A stretch of DNA of 64,000 nt from the human T2T-CHM13v2.0 reference genome, Homo sapiens. Of the stretch, positions 13,299 through 29,298 are shown in pieces. The stretch lies in assembly GCF_009914755.1 (NCBI RefSeq), contig NC_060934.1, one strand, 5' to 3'. The notes below the pieces were generated by a model. That model saw only the letters and a list, made by a program, of their open reading frames with translations. It did no database searches and was not told the origin of the DNA. The translations under genes were made by a program, and so were the position numbers. Positions within the stretch are counted from its first letter, which is position 1. Every line of letters begins with the position of its first letter.

Positions 13299-14771
13299 GG
13301 TAGAGTTTTGAGAGTGAATTGAAAATCATGGAATTGTTTGCAGGGAGTAGGTCAGAAGAGGTAATTTTGTTGTAGCATTAATTAAAGTTAATTTTTAATA
13401 GTTCTAGCCTAAACGCTGATTTATTGCTTTAAATATCAAATTATAACTTATTGATTGAATATAGATTCATACATTCATTTATTTACTTAAATATAGACTA
13501 AAGAGCCTACTAAGTACCAGACAATACCTATTAAGGAACAGGCATGTGATGATGACAAAAAATGAGAAAGCTGCTTCTTTCAAGAAGTTTGCTGATTACT
13601 GCGAGTGATCAATATAAATCAAATAATCTCACAAATGTGGGCTCTCATCTGTGCCAAGGCCTACAGGAAATAGTGAACGGTGCTATCAGAGCTTATAGTA
13701 GGCAGGCTGGGGAGTTCATATCAGACCAAGAATAGCTCAGCTCTCTAAAAAGGTGCAGTTAACACATGAAGAATCCCCCTGGTGAAGTGGTAATTTGCTG
13801 GGGAGGAGGTGGCGTTTTGTGCTGTGCCTAGTGTCTGAAGAGGGTCTCTTTTCATATTATTTTGCTTTAAAGGAAATGTGTGAAAATTGCAATTCTTAAA
13901 GTTCTTGCTGCTTTGGTGTCCATGCAAAAATTCTCAACAGCGGTCGAGTTGTTTTTAATTACCTACATTAGAAATCCCAGTGAAATCACTCTTGAAAACA
14001 TATTGTAACTATCAATTTCCCCATACTCGGGCTCATAAGTCAGAGTGGCAATAAAGAAAATTTTGTCACAGACATATTTGAACCAAGCAATGCAGAGAGA
14101 AAGACATTTAAAACTGCCTAAAAATATCCTCCTCCTGCTTTTATTGCCTAGGGTTCCAGACCAGGCGATTATCAGCTCTGTCAACATTGCTGTCCAAAAC
14201 TGACCCTACTTTCATTTAACCTTCTGACTCCTGCTGTGTGCATGTGGCAGACCTGGAAACAATGCTGTTATTCTACTGCCAACATGCGCCTGCTTCATTT
14301 GACTGGCCTATTGATTTCGGTGCACCACCTACAATGTGCTAGGAGCAAAGCAGGTGGGCGGGCAAGAGGAGATACCTTCATTACCTGGGAGCATTTGCAT
14401 TAGCCGGCACTTTCAGGGGGGCCAGTTGGATGAATGCTTCTCCTAGGAAATAACAATATTAACCAGGGCCTATGAAGGAGTTAACAACAACAACAAAAAA
14501 CACTTGAGCTAATGCTGAGAGCACCATTGAATGAACTGGGGCATCTCCTTATTCACTGCTAACAGGATCTTTTGTATATTATACCAAATGAGCTCTTAAC
14601 CATGTGCACACAATAAAGTCAGGATCTGTGTCAAGGAAATAACATAGAATCAACTGCCAGGCTTTGTAACATTGTAGAGGATGCTAATAGGGAGATCCAG
14701 ACAGGCAGCTAATCTGAGCACTTAAATTTCACTGAAGATACAATCTTAAGAATAAGTTTGTCCAGACCTTA

Positions 14772-15176
<405 letters not shown>

Positions 15177-15364
15177 TCAGGCTAACTTTCCAGGAGGGTT
15201 GGTATAGGTGAACTGTTTTGCTGAGTGGAGTATGCACCTTGAGGGCCTACACCTGAGCTACTCAAGCAATTAAGGGAAGACTGAATTCTGCCTTTAGTCT
15301 CTCAATTCTTTTTGTTTATTTCGATGTGTACTTTTTTAATCATTTATGTTATTTTCTATTTTCT

Positions 15365-17550
15365 TAAGCAGATCTGATATTTTAGGATAGCTTTTAATTT
15401 ACAGAAAAGTTGAGAGGATACCACAGCAAGTTTCTATACTCTGTATTCAGTTTCCCCTATTATTAACCTTGTATATTAGTAGGGCACAATTCTGAAACTA
15501 ACAAACTAATAAGAATGCATTATTATCCATAAAATCCCACATGTTGGCATTCTCACAATTGCTATTGTTTATTCTGATTTTTTGAGTGTTCACCTGATTG
15601 CTGCCTGTGTTCTAATCCCAGGTACCGCATTACATCTAATATTCATGTCTCCTTAGGTTCCCCTTACCTGTGACAGTTTGTTGATTTTTTCTTTTTATGA
15701 TGACCTTGACAGTTTTGATCAGTACTGGTAAAGAATTTTGGAGGATGCCCCTTTATTGGAATTTGATTCTTTTCTTATGATTACATGGGGTTTACTGGTT
15801 TTCTGTAGAAATTTTTAAAGTGCCATTTTTATTATGTCATATCAAGATACACGCTACAATATGATTTATTATTATTGAAGTTTACCTTATCATCTGTCTG
15901 AGGTAATATTTGCCAAGCTTCTCCACTGTAAAGTTACCCTTTTCTTCTCTCTCCTTTTGCATAGAATACTCTTTGGAAGGAAGTGATTATGCATAGCCCA
16001 CTCTTAAGGAGTGGGGAGTTACGGTCTTCTTTCCTTATGGTTAAGTATCTACATAAGTTATTTGGGATTCTATCACAAAGGGGTTGTCTCTTCTCTCCCA
16101 TTTACTTATTTATTCCATCATATATTTTTATCAGTATAAATAAACTCATGGATACTATTTTATACTTTGATTTGTAATCTAAGTAGTAAATACTATGTTA
16201 CGTTCTCATCAGTTTTTTCTGGCTTTGGCCATTGATAGGTCTTTCAGCTGGCTTATGTCATTTTAACATTATGTATCAATTCACTGTAAGTTTTCAGGGG
16301 TTTTTTTTGTTGTTGAGCACTACAAGACACTCCTTGCTTATGTTGTACATTTTCTGCCTTGGTTCTAGAATCAGCCATTTCTCCATGGAAATAGCTAGTT
16401 TCTTTCTTTGCAGAATTTCATTGGAGACTGAGATTTGGAAGCTAGGTGTGTATGTTATTGTTGCTACAGGGATGTCTTTTCTTGGCCTTCTCAACAGACA
16501 GATCAAAGATTTTATATATATATATATGTATATTTTTAAATAATAGATATATTAAATATGTCTACTTAAGACATATTTAAATAATACATATATTAAAAGA
16601 TATATTTATATATTGAAGGTTGCATATAGACTAACACATATCTAAATTTTTCTATGTAAGCATCTGTATCTATATTCTGCTAAACATGTGTCTACATTGA
16701 TGTCTACCCCCAAATCTAATCCATAACTACATCAATAATTCTACCCTCCTCCCGTTGCTTATTTATAAATTTCCACTCCAACAGTGAAAAACCTCCTTCC
16801 CACTGTCTATTATTCATTTACTTATTTTTTCAGTGACAGAATACACATAAAGCATTCTCACAATGGTTATACCATACCTTTGCACTGTTCAACTTTAATG
16901 GCTAGGCGGTGCATTTGGGCGGTAGTTTTGCCTTTAGTCTGCTGAACACTTGTGACCTTCAGAAGTGTTTCTTCACTTTTTTTCCTCTCTTACGTGAGAC
17001 GGAAAGGCTACAGGGAGCAGGAATTGGGGAAGTGCCTTCTTTCTGGTGAGATAAGGCTCTGGTAAAATATTTTTACTACAGGAGTAGGCAATTGTTATTG
17101 AGAATGCTCTGTGTGCATTTCAAAATAGTTACTTTTCCCCTTCCACTGGCAGAGACATTAGATGATTTTTTTTGTTGCTGTTGGGGTTCTTTGCTGTGAG
17201 AACCTGGTGTGGTTCCTGGAGGTCAAACCCATGGAAGTATCGGCATTCTGCCTAAGACTACAGACCCCAACTCTCGTTCTAGTGCCCATACAGATTCCAG
17301 CAACTTGTCCAAATTACTTCTTAAACATTCCTACCAATTTATGGTTCCAGCAGATTCAGTTGCAGAAAAGCTGATCTTAGCCATTATTCTCTGTATTCAC
17401 CTGTTTCTCCAGATTTAAGGTGGCAGTGTGCCCTTCAACCTCAATTATCCAATGAATACAAGAAGACATTTTCAGTTTGTTCATTTATTTTTCTTATTGC
17501 TAGGACAGGAATAGCGACTTCCAAACTCTTAGCTTGTCAAAACTGAAACC
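15365..17550 (-). mobile_element. Old L1M fragments (antisense; probably two pieces joined near 16900)
   Basis: Resembles an antisense L1MC-type 3' UTR (tttacagaaaagttg..aggat..cacag; ccttgacagttttga..agtactggt; gaatcagccatttctcca); boundaries approximate. Confidence 0.6.
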
Positions 17551-18012
17551 ACAGAAGCTATCTGAATTCATGTTCAACAAAAATGTATGGAATATAATTT
17601 GGAAGTTGGTCAAATTATTAGACTCTTATCATGCTTCCACAAGTTTCAAGCAACCTCCGGATAGGAATACCAGCAATTTAAACTTGAATTTCAGGTACAA
17701 GTAGTCACTGAAACAAAATGCTGTGAGAGAAAGAAAAAAAGTTCTAAAATAATAAATTCTGGAAACACATTTATATTAATGGACCAAAATAATACAAATA
17801 AAAACAACTGTTTAATATCACAATAATTCAAACATATGAAATAACAGATTTAGGAAATATCTATCATGAACACTATGAATAAACAGAACAGGTTAAGAGG
17901 TTAATTCTGTTTATGAGTGTTATCCGGAATTTTGGACAAGGCCCTCTATCTCTCAGATTCTAAGCAGAGACTATGAACTAATGGTACAAAAGATGAATTA
18001 GGCTTTTTGACA

Positions 18013-18069
18013 AGGAAGGAAGGGAGGAAGGGAGGCAGGGAGGGAGGGAGGCAGGGAGGGAGGAAGGGA
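18013..18069 (+). repeat. (GGGA/GGAA)n polypurine tract
   Basis: Read directly from the sequence. Confidence 0.9.
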
Positions 18070-18154
18070 ATTACTGACTTTTAGTGATTTGGCAGTTTCT
18101 CTAAAAGATCTGCATGCTCCAGAAATAGTTGGCTGATATTGTCCCCTGGCAGCC

Positions 18155-18514
18155 CGTATTAGTCCATTTTCACACGCTGATAAAGACCTACCCAAGACTG
18201 GATGATTTATGAAGAAAAAGAGGTTTAATGGACTCACAGTTTCATATGGCTGGTGAGGCCTCATAATCATGGTGGAAGGTGGAAAGCACGTCTTACGTGG
18301 CAGCAGACACAAGAGAAGAGAGAGCCAAGTGAAAGGTTTTCCCTTATAAAACTATCAGATCTCATGAGACTTATTCACTACCATGAGAACAGTATGGAGG
18401 AAACTGCCGCCATGATTCAATTATCTCCCACCAGGTCCCTCCCACAACACGTGGGAGTTATGGGAGCTACAATTCAAGATGCAATTTGGGTGGGGACACA
18501 GCCAAACCATATCA
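18155..18514 (-). mobile_element. THE1 (MaLR) solo LTR
   Basis: gtattagtccattttcac..gctgataaagac...ggggacacagccaaaccatatca; TSD cagcc/cagct. Confidence 0.9.
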
Positions 18515-19682
18515 CAGCTCTCTGCAGTTGCTGAACATACTTGCTTTCTTCAGTTTGTCATGGATTTGCCCAGAGCATCTCACTTGTTTTTGTAGCTGGG
18601 CCTTCTAGGCACCTAGGTTTTTCTTGTAAACCAGTTTATTAGATAAAAAAAGATATGTCTTTTATATCCCTCATATGTCTTTTATAGACCTGAAAGTCAG
18701 ACAGATATTCAGGATATCATCGCACTTTAATAAACATGTCCATTCATCTGACTTTTTCCATGGGTACTTTGCAATACACAATCAATAATGAAGCACACAT
18801 AGAGGTATTTCCATTATGTATTGGATCTTTGTTATTTGAGGTTGTTGAAAACAATCACCTTTTCCAAATTATCTCTGTACCTTCTCTTTGTTCTCTGTCA
18901 TTTTCCTCCATTTTGCAAAAAGACTGACCAGCCTTTATAGGTCCACTGTGAAAAATTCGGATTCTGGTTCAAGACATGGTCATTACTGCCACTATGTGGC
19001 TTGTTTTGGAAGTTATTGAAAATAAAACATTTAATTGGAGCTTTTGAACTTAAAGCTGCAAAACCTTGATATGTTCCCTAGTCTCCATAGCTTATACTCA
19101 TGGATATACTTTTTCCCAAGCATAACACCTAATTAGATAGTTAATAATTTCTTTTAACTTAAAAATCTGCCTCCTAAGTAATTGCGTGAGAAACACACAC
19201 ATGCAAATGCACACAGAAAAATATATGTACATACAAAATCTGTATATATATAAACACCAGGCTAATTATGTGTATATAAACATAAATATATACACAATCT
19301 ATTTATATCTATTAATTGCACCTTCCTTATTTACACAAATGGATTTATATGCATACGCTTTTGCGCCTTTTATTCTTTTCAATGGCTGTGTAGTATTCAT
19401 TTATGGACATTTCTATTGTTTTGAGTTTTTTTCACTTTTGTGTTTATTTCCGTTTCGTTATGGACAATTGTGCTGCTGATGTACCCTGGAAATTATTATT
19501 TTGAACTTTTGCAATTATGGAAATTTGCATGATAGAAATTCTAAAAGTAATATTTTGGATCAAAGAGTATGTATATCTAAAATTTTGAAACATATTGTCA
19601 ATTTGCTCTTCAAGTTAGCACCACGGCTACTTTTCCAGGGCCTTTTCCTTTATCAGATATTCTTGAAATTTAAATTTCTCTA

Positions 19683-19839
19683 TTTATTTTAAAGGCAGAG
19701 TCTTGTTATGTTGCCCAGCCTGGAGTGCAATAGCTAATCACATAGCACACTACAGTCTCTAACTCCTGGGCTCAAATGACCCTCCCACCTCCACTTCCCA
19801 AGTAGCTGGGACTACAGCTGTGCACCACTGCACTTAGCT
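19683..19839 (-). mobile_element. Old Alu monomer (FAM-like)
   Basis: catagcacactacagtctctaactcctgggctcaa...gtagctgggactacag; single arm only. Confidence 0.75.
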
Positions 19840-20253
19840 TAATTTCCTCTATTCTGATTACCACCTCTTTATAATGAGTGCAGTTGCACTCTTTGCCATA
19901 TGTATGTTGCCTGTCTTTATTTTTCTGTGAAATTCTTGTTCACCTGTTGCCTTTCATTTTTTTCCAGTTGATTTCTGCCTTTATATCTTAAGAATAGTCT
20001 TTAACATAAGAATAGCCTATGTTTCCCCAGGCTTTTACTTATATTTTGATTTACTAATAATCATTTTTGTTACTTAAGACATTTAAATTAGTAGTAAATC
20101 AAATTTTACATATTTTTTTCTTTATGGTCTCTAGGTGTTTTGTCCTGGTAACAAATGTCTTTCTCCCATAAGGTTAGGAATACATCTCCCATATAGTTTT
20201 ATAAAGGTTTTTGAATGTATTTCCATTATCCAAAGAGTTCATTCATATCTTCT

Positions 20254-20660
20254 TGTGTTAGTCTGTTTGCCTTGTTATAAAGCAATGCTGAGGCTGGTTA
20301 ATTTATAAAGAGGTTTATTTGGCTCACAGTTCTGTAGGCTGTACAAGAAGCATGGTGCCAACATCTGCTTCTGGTGAGCATTTCAGGAGGCTTCTGCTCA
20401 TGGCGGAAGGGAAAGGGGAGCAGGTGTCACATGGTGAGAGAGAAAAAAGAGAAAGGCGAAGGGTGCCATGCTCTTTTAAATAACTAGTTCTTCCATGAAT
20501 TAATAGAATGAGAACTCACTCATTACTGCAGGGAGGATACAAACCATTCATGAAGAATCAACCCCCATGACCCAGACACCTCCCACCAGGCCTCATCTCC
20601 AAAATTGGGGATGAAATTTCAACACGAGATTCAAAGGGGACAAATATCCAAACTATATCA
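20254..20660 (-). mobile_element. MST (MSTB-like, MaLR) solo LTR
   Basis: TG...CA ends; ggctcacagttctgtaggctgtacaagaagcatggtgcca; perfect TSD CTTCT. Confidence 0.9.
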
Positions 20661-20792
20661 CTTCTCTTTATCAAAATCTAAAAATATAAATTGAACTAAA
20701 ATTATACTTTACTGTTATCCATAGTTATGTTCCTTGCCACAATTCATAGGTAATTAAGTTATGACAATGTTAATGGTTTATAATTTTCGTGA

Positions 20793-21110
<318 letters not shown>

Positions 21111-23161
21111 TGAGAAAGCCTTTCATAGTGAAGCTTTGTTGTTAGGTAGATAAAAATTTATGAATATTTATCACTTGGTAGATTGCTCATTCTATGAATA
21201 TGAAATATCCATCTTTCTTCCTTTTAAAATGCATTTTATACATAATTATATTTTATTTGAAATTATTACTGTTAAAAGCTTTTTCACCTGTACATTGCAG
21301 GGTATATCTTTACCAATTCTGTCGACTTTTTTCTCTGTTGTTTTTAAATTAGCTCTTTCAGAACATAGAAGACCAGATATTCAGTGTATGAATCTGTCTT
21401 TTAATAGTTAAATCTAACCATCCACAGTTTTTATCATCACTGATAGTTTCACACTTATTCCTGTCACATTTATTTCCAATTTACCATGCTCTCTTGTTAC
21501 AAACCCCCTTATTAATTTTTGTTGAATTAATATTAGTTTAGTTTTTTCATGTATTGTATATTACACAATTCTTATATTCTAGTGCTGTCTAATTTCTAAT
21601 ACTTAAATATATATATTTTGTTCATCAGTGTCTAAAATTAATCAGCATGCATATATTACATTGTCTTTATTCTCAACAATCCCAGCTAGGATTTTTTGTT
21701 TTTAAATGTTCATTCTTCTCTCTTTTTATGTTCTTTTTCTTATCAATATCTTCCAGCCATGTTGAAATTCTTTGGACTTTACTTTCAAGCATTAATTTTA
21801 AAGCCGACATTTTAAGAAAGAGCTTACAATAAAATATCTTCCACTCCTTCCTCCTGGATTCATTTTTCTTCGGTTAGAACTATTTCTTTCTCCATTTCTT
21901 ACTTCATAAGTCATCTTTAGAATCTATGTAAATATAAGACTACAAGCAGCCACTACCAATTGATTAGAAATGGGACTTAGGGTGGAATTTATCTTTAGTT
22001 TTTTATAGTTCAGAGATAACATTTCTAAAAGGCTAGGAAACATCTTAGAGTATCATCTTAATTATTGTATCTACCTTCTTTTTACCTGGATCAAGTGCAT
22101 TAAGTATTGTCTGTGAATTTTTTCAACAACCCTATAAGAGAGATTTTATTATCTCACCATATAGATGTGAGATTCAAAAAGGTTGATTAACTTGATTTTT
22201 TTTATCAGTGCTTCTAATACTGGCTTCTTTGCTTTTGAAATGAGAAAAAAAAAGGTATACTGAGTTTTAGAGTTTTACAGTTACTCAGGTTAACACTTAA
22301 AATCTGTAGCTTGACACATTGGGTACTGAATATCCAGATTCAAAACTCTCTTTTATTTTGATTAGCATCCTTAAACTTCTATTTCTAAAGAAAGTCTTCA
22401 CCTGGAGTTTCTAGAAGAGAACTCTTCTACCTTTTGCCACCTGTTCCAGCGCCCAGTGTGCAGGGAGTGTTAAAGTTGACAACTTATTGGCTCTTGAGAT
22501 GCCATGTGATATTTCTTTTGGGGTAAAATTTTTCTGAAGTTGTCATCTACATAAGCCTTCTTTAGGCTTCTATATCTTATAAGCTATTATAGTCAAAGGA
22601 GAAACCAAGAGTTCTGAACTATAAGGAGTGAAATGCTCACAAATTCTCTTGTTAAACATGGTAACTACCTGGTAACAAGCTGAAAGAGAAAAACAGTGGA
22701 ATGTGGTGGCCAGATATTCTGAACCAATGTCTTTCATCATTCTCAGAATGTTATGAAATTTAATAAGTGTTGATTCAATCCTTATTATTAGTAACCCAGC
22801 TAGTAATTCAATTTTTTTGGTAAGATGTACATCAACTAAAACATACTTGTAAGTGCCTTTTGGCTGTCAGTCATAGTGTGCCATGGGTGTGCATTAATTA
22901 AAATGAGATAGCAGGCTTGGGATGCTGACATGAAGAACCCTCTTCAATGGATCCTGACTAGGCACAGAGATGGTTGGGGCAGGGGAGGTGAATACTCAAT
23001 GTATTGGAAACAGGACACAAATTATGTCTTATCTCCTGCTCCTCTAGTCAGGTGACCAGGAGGAACTGGCATTCCAGTAACTTCTCAATGCTTAGCTCTG
23101 GTGTTATAGGCCCTCCATAATGTATCCTTCGTCTCAACTCTGTACGTGTGATTTCCCACAG

Positions 23162-23289
23162 TATTCAAAGGTGGAAAGGCATCCTGTGACTGCATTGGAG
23201 AAAATGATGGAGTCAAGTTTTGTCGGCCCCCAGTCATTCCCTGAGGTCCCTTCTCCTGACAGAGGAAGCCAGTCTGTCAAACACCACAG
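23162..23289 (+). CDS. NRG3: NRG3 cytoplasmic exon YSKVERHPVTALEKMMESSFVGPQSFPEVPSPDRGSQSVKHH(R)
   Basis: tttcccacag|TAT acceptor and AG|gtacaa donor; 128 nt; open frame, phase 0 to phase 2. Confidence 0.96.
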
Positions 23290-25423
23290 GTACAAGTAGC
23301 TCATCATGGTGGGTGTGGGCACCTTCACACTGTGTGTATGCTGGGTGGCACATGCCAAGGACTGGCAGCATGACTTAGGAGAGACAACTGTTCTTGCTTC
23401 TCCTGTAGTTCTCTGTGGAGTAAATGCTCAAACACCTCACATCAGGTAAAGCAAAGATACCAGTTTCCACAGCAGACAGCATTGCCCCTGTAAGAAACCT
23501 GATAGAACTATAGATAACACCCATCAAAGTTACAGACCAGTAAAAAAAAAAAATGCATTCTGAAAAACTATTTTAAAAAATATGTTATCTAGCCTGCCTT
23601 TTCTAGATTACACAGTTAATGAGTAATTCTTCCCTATGCAGCCTAATGTGACAGACTTCAGGTTTTCCAATATGGTTCTTACAAAATAAAATTTTCCACG
23701 GGGAAGAAGCCTGGTGAATCTTCTTCTTGGGTCTATAAAATCTTCTGTTATAAATGAGGTGGCAGTTTCTTGCAAGCTTCCCAGAAATTGGCTGCTTTGG
23801 AGAAAAAGCCAAAAACATAGTTATTTGACACATTTCATAGCATTCTAAAGCTTAACTTGTCCTTCAGCATCTTCTAGTCCACACTTTTCTGTTATCAGGA
23901 TTCTGAAACTCCAAATATTAAAGGTATTTGTTCTAAACCAAATGATGAAGTTTATGACTAATGCTAGATTGTGTTCAGATATACATCCTCAATCTTTATG
24001 GAAGTTGTCCGAAGACTTAAGCTTCCTTTTCTTAGTGAAATGTACAATATTTTACAATTTGAAAAAATTATGAAAAATTAAACATTTTAACAATGAAAAA
24101 GTAAATAACAGTTGTTCCCAGCAATGAAAGTTGAATGTTGTTGCCCCTTTGTTTTCACATGCTGGGCAATAGTTTGCACAACACCAAGCCAGAAACATAC
24201 ATGATAGAAGAAAACTACTTTCTCCTTCACCTTTTAATGAGTTACATGAAGAGGATTTTATTGTTTCTGGCCACACTTACTTTGAGATTTTTAGTCACTC
24301 TTGACACTAATCCTCAGCACTTCATGGTAATTTTTATTCTCATTCTACATGAGTAGAGACTAGAACACTGAGAGTTTGCCATTTAAAAGAATATGGTATG
24401 AGTCTATGTTCAATTCAGGATTGAAATATGTTTGGCTCTTGGATAACTGCTTTAGCTATTCTTACTGCAAGTTTTGATTTATATCAATGTTGCATTTACA
24501 GAATATTTTCCTGTGAAAAGAGCATTTCATTTCACTGGACCTAATGGAAGTTTTCTTAATTAGGGAAATAAGTCCAATATTACCAGTCTTTTCGAAGACA
24601 GATATTTTCTCCCAAATGGTATTTTCTCCTCCTGATTATGACACGTTAAAGTAGTATTCCACCTAGTCAAGTAATTCAGTATAATATCATTCTAGTATTA
24701 TATGAACTGTATTCTGTCATAAATGTTTTAAAATTGATATATATGTTTTAAAACATCAGCTCTTAATATGTTTGAGCTGCAATATTCCTATCCCCAGTTC
24801 TCGTGTGCTTTTATGCTCCCTCCTAAACTTGGCTTCTCCTATGGTGTCTAGGAGTCACTCACAGATTAAATAAGGACATCTTTAAGAGACCTTCCTTTTT
24901 GTTTGGATCAATGACATTGCAGTATCTGTTGGCATACACTGTGTCCTGATAGATGGGCAAGCGTTGACTTACAAAATGCTTTTAGAACTTTGTAAATTAT
25001 AGTTTAATATATCATAGCTTTTGTTTTGTAAAACATGCAATAGACTTGAACGTTTTCATGATTGATAACCCAGGCACTGATTTATATATCCTGCAAACTG
25101 CACCATAACTTCCTGAATGCCACTGAGTTAGAAGGCCTGAATAGCTGATTGATCAATAGGCATAAAACTCTTTTTAAGACAGGTCACTAGTTCATACTGA
25201 TATACTTTGTTGTTATGACAGTTTAGCGAACTATGAATAATTAATTTCTTTTGTGCACTGCAAATATGACTCATTTGGATAACTCATATATGAAACAGAG
25301 CTATTAATTCAAAGCCATTATTTCTAATGTTTAGTTCGAAAAAATCCCATCTGTTTAGAAAATAAATCTATTACGGCATGTCATATTTATTGCATTATAT
25401 TTTGGCAATATAAGTCACTTATC

Positions 25424-25739
<316 letters not shown>

Positions 25740-26700
25740 TAAAAAGCATGTATGTAGGTTTTTTGCATTGAAATAATTCCAGGGTTTTCAGTGACAGAGA
25801 GGACCCTTTGAATTGCCAGCTGTGGCAGGGGAGATAGAGGAACTCATCGTGCTGAGCACCTATTGTGTGCCAGGCTCCATGCCCCATGCTTTGCATACTT
25901 CCTCTCTTTAAACCTCCACATCCCATAGTGAACCTAGGAAAATTCTTAAGTAGAATGCTGATATCTTCCTTTTGTCACTCCCTTCTCACTCTAGCAGCTA
26001 GTTTCTACCTTTTTTGTTTTCTGCCTTGCCCTGTACACCAAGAGGGCTGCAGGCTCTTATGTCCTCTGGTTTCTGTGGGTTCAGTGTAAGGCACAGGCAT
26101 GAGATAGACGGCAGGGAGGACAGTGAGGTCATGGCACTTGTGTCCCCTTCCTCCCTGCTTGGTTGCCTTCCTTATATCCCTTTTCTGGGGCCATGGAGCC
26201 TGCAGTGCGGCCCCCTCCTTACAACTCACTTTCTCTCTGCATTCTGGGAACTGCTCCCTCTCCTTGTCCCTTAAGTCAGAGGGATAATAACAGCTTCCCA
26301 TAGTAGTCCTGGGGCACAGCAGTCTCATTTATTGCTTTTTTTGCCCTCGAACACTTATCACACTTTTGTATATAGCAAAATCTCTAACAATGAACCAGGT
26401 TAAAGTGCCATCTATGTCTCTCCAGGACTCTGACTGGTACAAGTACCTCCATCAGCATCATGCTTCCAGTAACTAGTTACCTGCAGACCTGAGACTTATA
26501 CTCAGTTGCAGCCAACTCTAGCATCCAAAGCTTCAGGCCCCGCAGACCCCATCATTGCCATTGGATGGTAGATAAAAGTAGGAAGGCAAGGAAGCAAATT
26601 AGCTGTTAGAGAGCTTCTCCAACTTGTGGGCTTAGTGAGCTATCTAGACATCCCTTGTTAGGCATTTGGGGACACACCATATAATGAATGAAGGTATAGG

Positions 26701-27098
<398 letters not shown>

Positions 27099-28323
27099 TC
27101 ACCGTGCCACAACCAAGAAAGTGGTTACTAACACTCAAATACCAGATTTTCAAACTCTAACCTTAAATAATATTTGCAAAGTCCTGTTTTGTATTGACTA
27201 AGTAGAATTAACAGTAATATTTATGGAAGAAAAGTGACATAACCCCAAATAATATAGTAATATGGGTAAAATGTCTTTGAGAGACTGGTTTCTTTAGAAC
27301 CTTGATAAATTTATTGAAATTTTGAGAATGTTTTCATCTTTCTTTCTATGGTTGTATTGATATTTACAGAGTTAAATGAGAATGGAGCACAGAATTCTCA
27401 GTTCCTTTATTATTTGAGCACTGCAGAACCAGTGTGACCGCATAAACTAGCATCTCGTGGAATGTCTACACATGAGCAAAGTTCTCCTCACCAGTCTACA
27501 GTAGGGTCAATTCAGTGGGGTGGAGATGGGAATGGATATGGAACAGGTAATGAGTCTCATCAGCAATGGATTTTTATAGAGTCTAGTTCTTTTCTGTGCA
27601 TAATCTATGTAGGAATTCTCAGTTTGTTAAGGCCTGTGGTATAACCCACTTACATGTTTTGCTCATTGATGGCATCTATAAACATATAGTTATTTAGGCA
27701 TTTGGATGTATGAGTCAAATAAAATATATAATCAGATGTTTATTAAAAGCAAACTCAGAAGAAAAATAATTTAGTTTGTCAAGATTGATTAAAATCTGAG
27801 GTAGTGAACAGGGAATTTAACACATATGTTAATGAGAAAATGCCAATTAAAAGTTGTTAATTTTATCGCTAATAAGTGAATTTTTTCCCCATATCCCTTC
27901 TGGGCTTACTGTGTTCAGTTTTTGTCAGCGTCTCATAAGAAGGCTATTTTTATTTCTATTAGAGAGACAGCTATGATGGCTTGGATAATCAGGATGGATG
28001 GGAATGAGGAGCTTGAGAATTCCTTAAGTTCACCTCTTACCTTGGCTGGAAAGTTGCAATGATTTTCATCAGTCATGCTCTAACCTAGAAAGCCAGAAAT
28101 CCAGGAACTTCCCTTTTTCTCAGTGTCTCCAAAGGTAAAATGGATTGGGCTATTCCTGATCTCATTCTACCACATATACTTCATTCAGGGATGGCCCTGG
28201 CCTAGAACTTTGAGAATTTGGGGTGCAGATTCAGTGTTTGCAAAGCTTGAGCAGCCACCTGTGAGGTTATTGCTATGATGTCTTTTGTTTGTTTGTTTGT
28301 CTGTTTTCATTCCACCCCAGCAG

Positions 28324-28494
28324 GAGTCTATCCTCTTGCTGCAGCCCAGGGCAAAGAAGTGGCATGCTCCATAGGAATGCCTTCAGAAGGACACCCCCGT
28401 CACCCCGAAGTAGGCTAGGTGGAATTGTGGGACCAGCATATCAGCAACTCGAAGAATCAAGGATCCCAGACCAGGATACGATACCTTGCCAAGG
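28324..28494 (+). CDS. NRG3: NRG3 cytoplasmic exon SLSSCCSPGQRSGMLHRNAFRRTPPSPRSRLGGIVGPAYQQLEESRIPDQDTIPCQ(G)
   Basis: Long pyrimidine tract then cccag-cag|G (tandem acceptor, alternative start 28321) and donor GG|gtaggt; 171 nt; inside ORF 28289..28498. Confidence 0.96.
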
Positions 28495-29298
28495 GTAGGT
28501 CTTAAAACAGCAGTGGAATTTAGGGAGGGTGTCTTTAATGCCATAGCTTTAAGTTAAGTTTTAAGTTCCTTGGGGTTTTATTCATTGATTTATTCATTAA
28601 CTGGCTATACATGCTTACTGCCATCTTTGTTCTACAAAAGGTGAACCAACTTTGATGTATAGTTGTGATGGAAAATAGGTATCAGGGAAACATTAGATTA
28701 GAAAGAAATATAACTAGGAAGAAAGTAAGTGTAGCTCTCTAGGCAATATGTTATTAGATCATTTGCTAATACAACTGGAAATTTGTCTTTGATTTAAAAA
28801 ATCAAAGGAGGATTAAAGTGTTCCTTCATCTGCAGATTAGAAAAAGGACCGAATTCTCTGATAAGTATTGTGAACAATACGCTAAACAATAACTCATGGC
28901 ATACGTACAGTATCTGCTTCCCCTGAGCTTGAATGTAGAATTTGGGTCAATGTTGAGAGTGTTTTAAAGTCAAAGTACAACTTACTGAACTCATATATGC
29001 AAGTTAGGGGTAGACGGGTGGGCTTTGGACACCATTGCTGCTACTCTTTACAGTGCAAAAGGTGTCCCTTCCTCTGGTGGACACAGATCCATAGAGGCCT
29101 CAAAGCATGGTGAGCTGAGTACAGGATGAATGTTAACCATTATCCATGTAGTTGGCATAAACTGCCCAACTAAACATGCGATCCTTGCTTAAACTGACTG
29201 GAATTCAAATCCCATCTCTGCTCCTTACTACTAGTGTGACTGTGATAATATTTTATGATGTGGTCTTAGATGCTCTTATCTATAAATTGAGAAAAATA

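Noticed and set aside
27495-27546. Possible cryptic 52-nt exon (ctcctcaccag|...CAG|gtaatg)
   Set aside because: Only splice-like motifs with a short pyrimidine tract; such pairs are common by chance and there is no other support.
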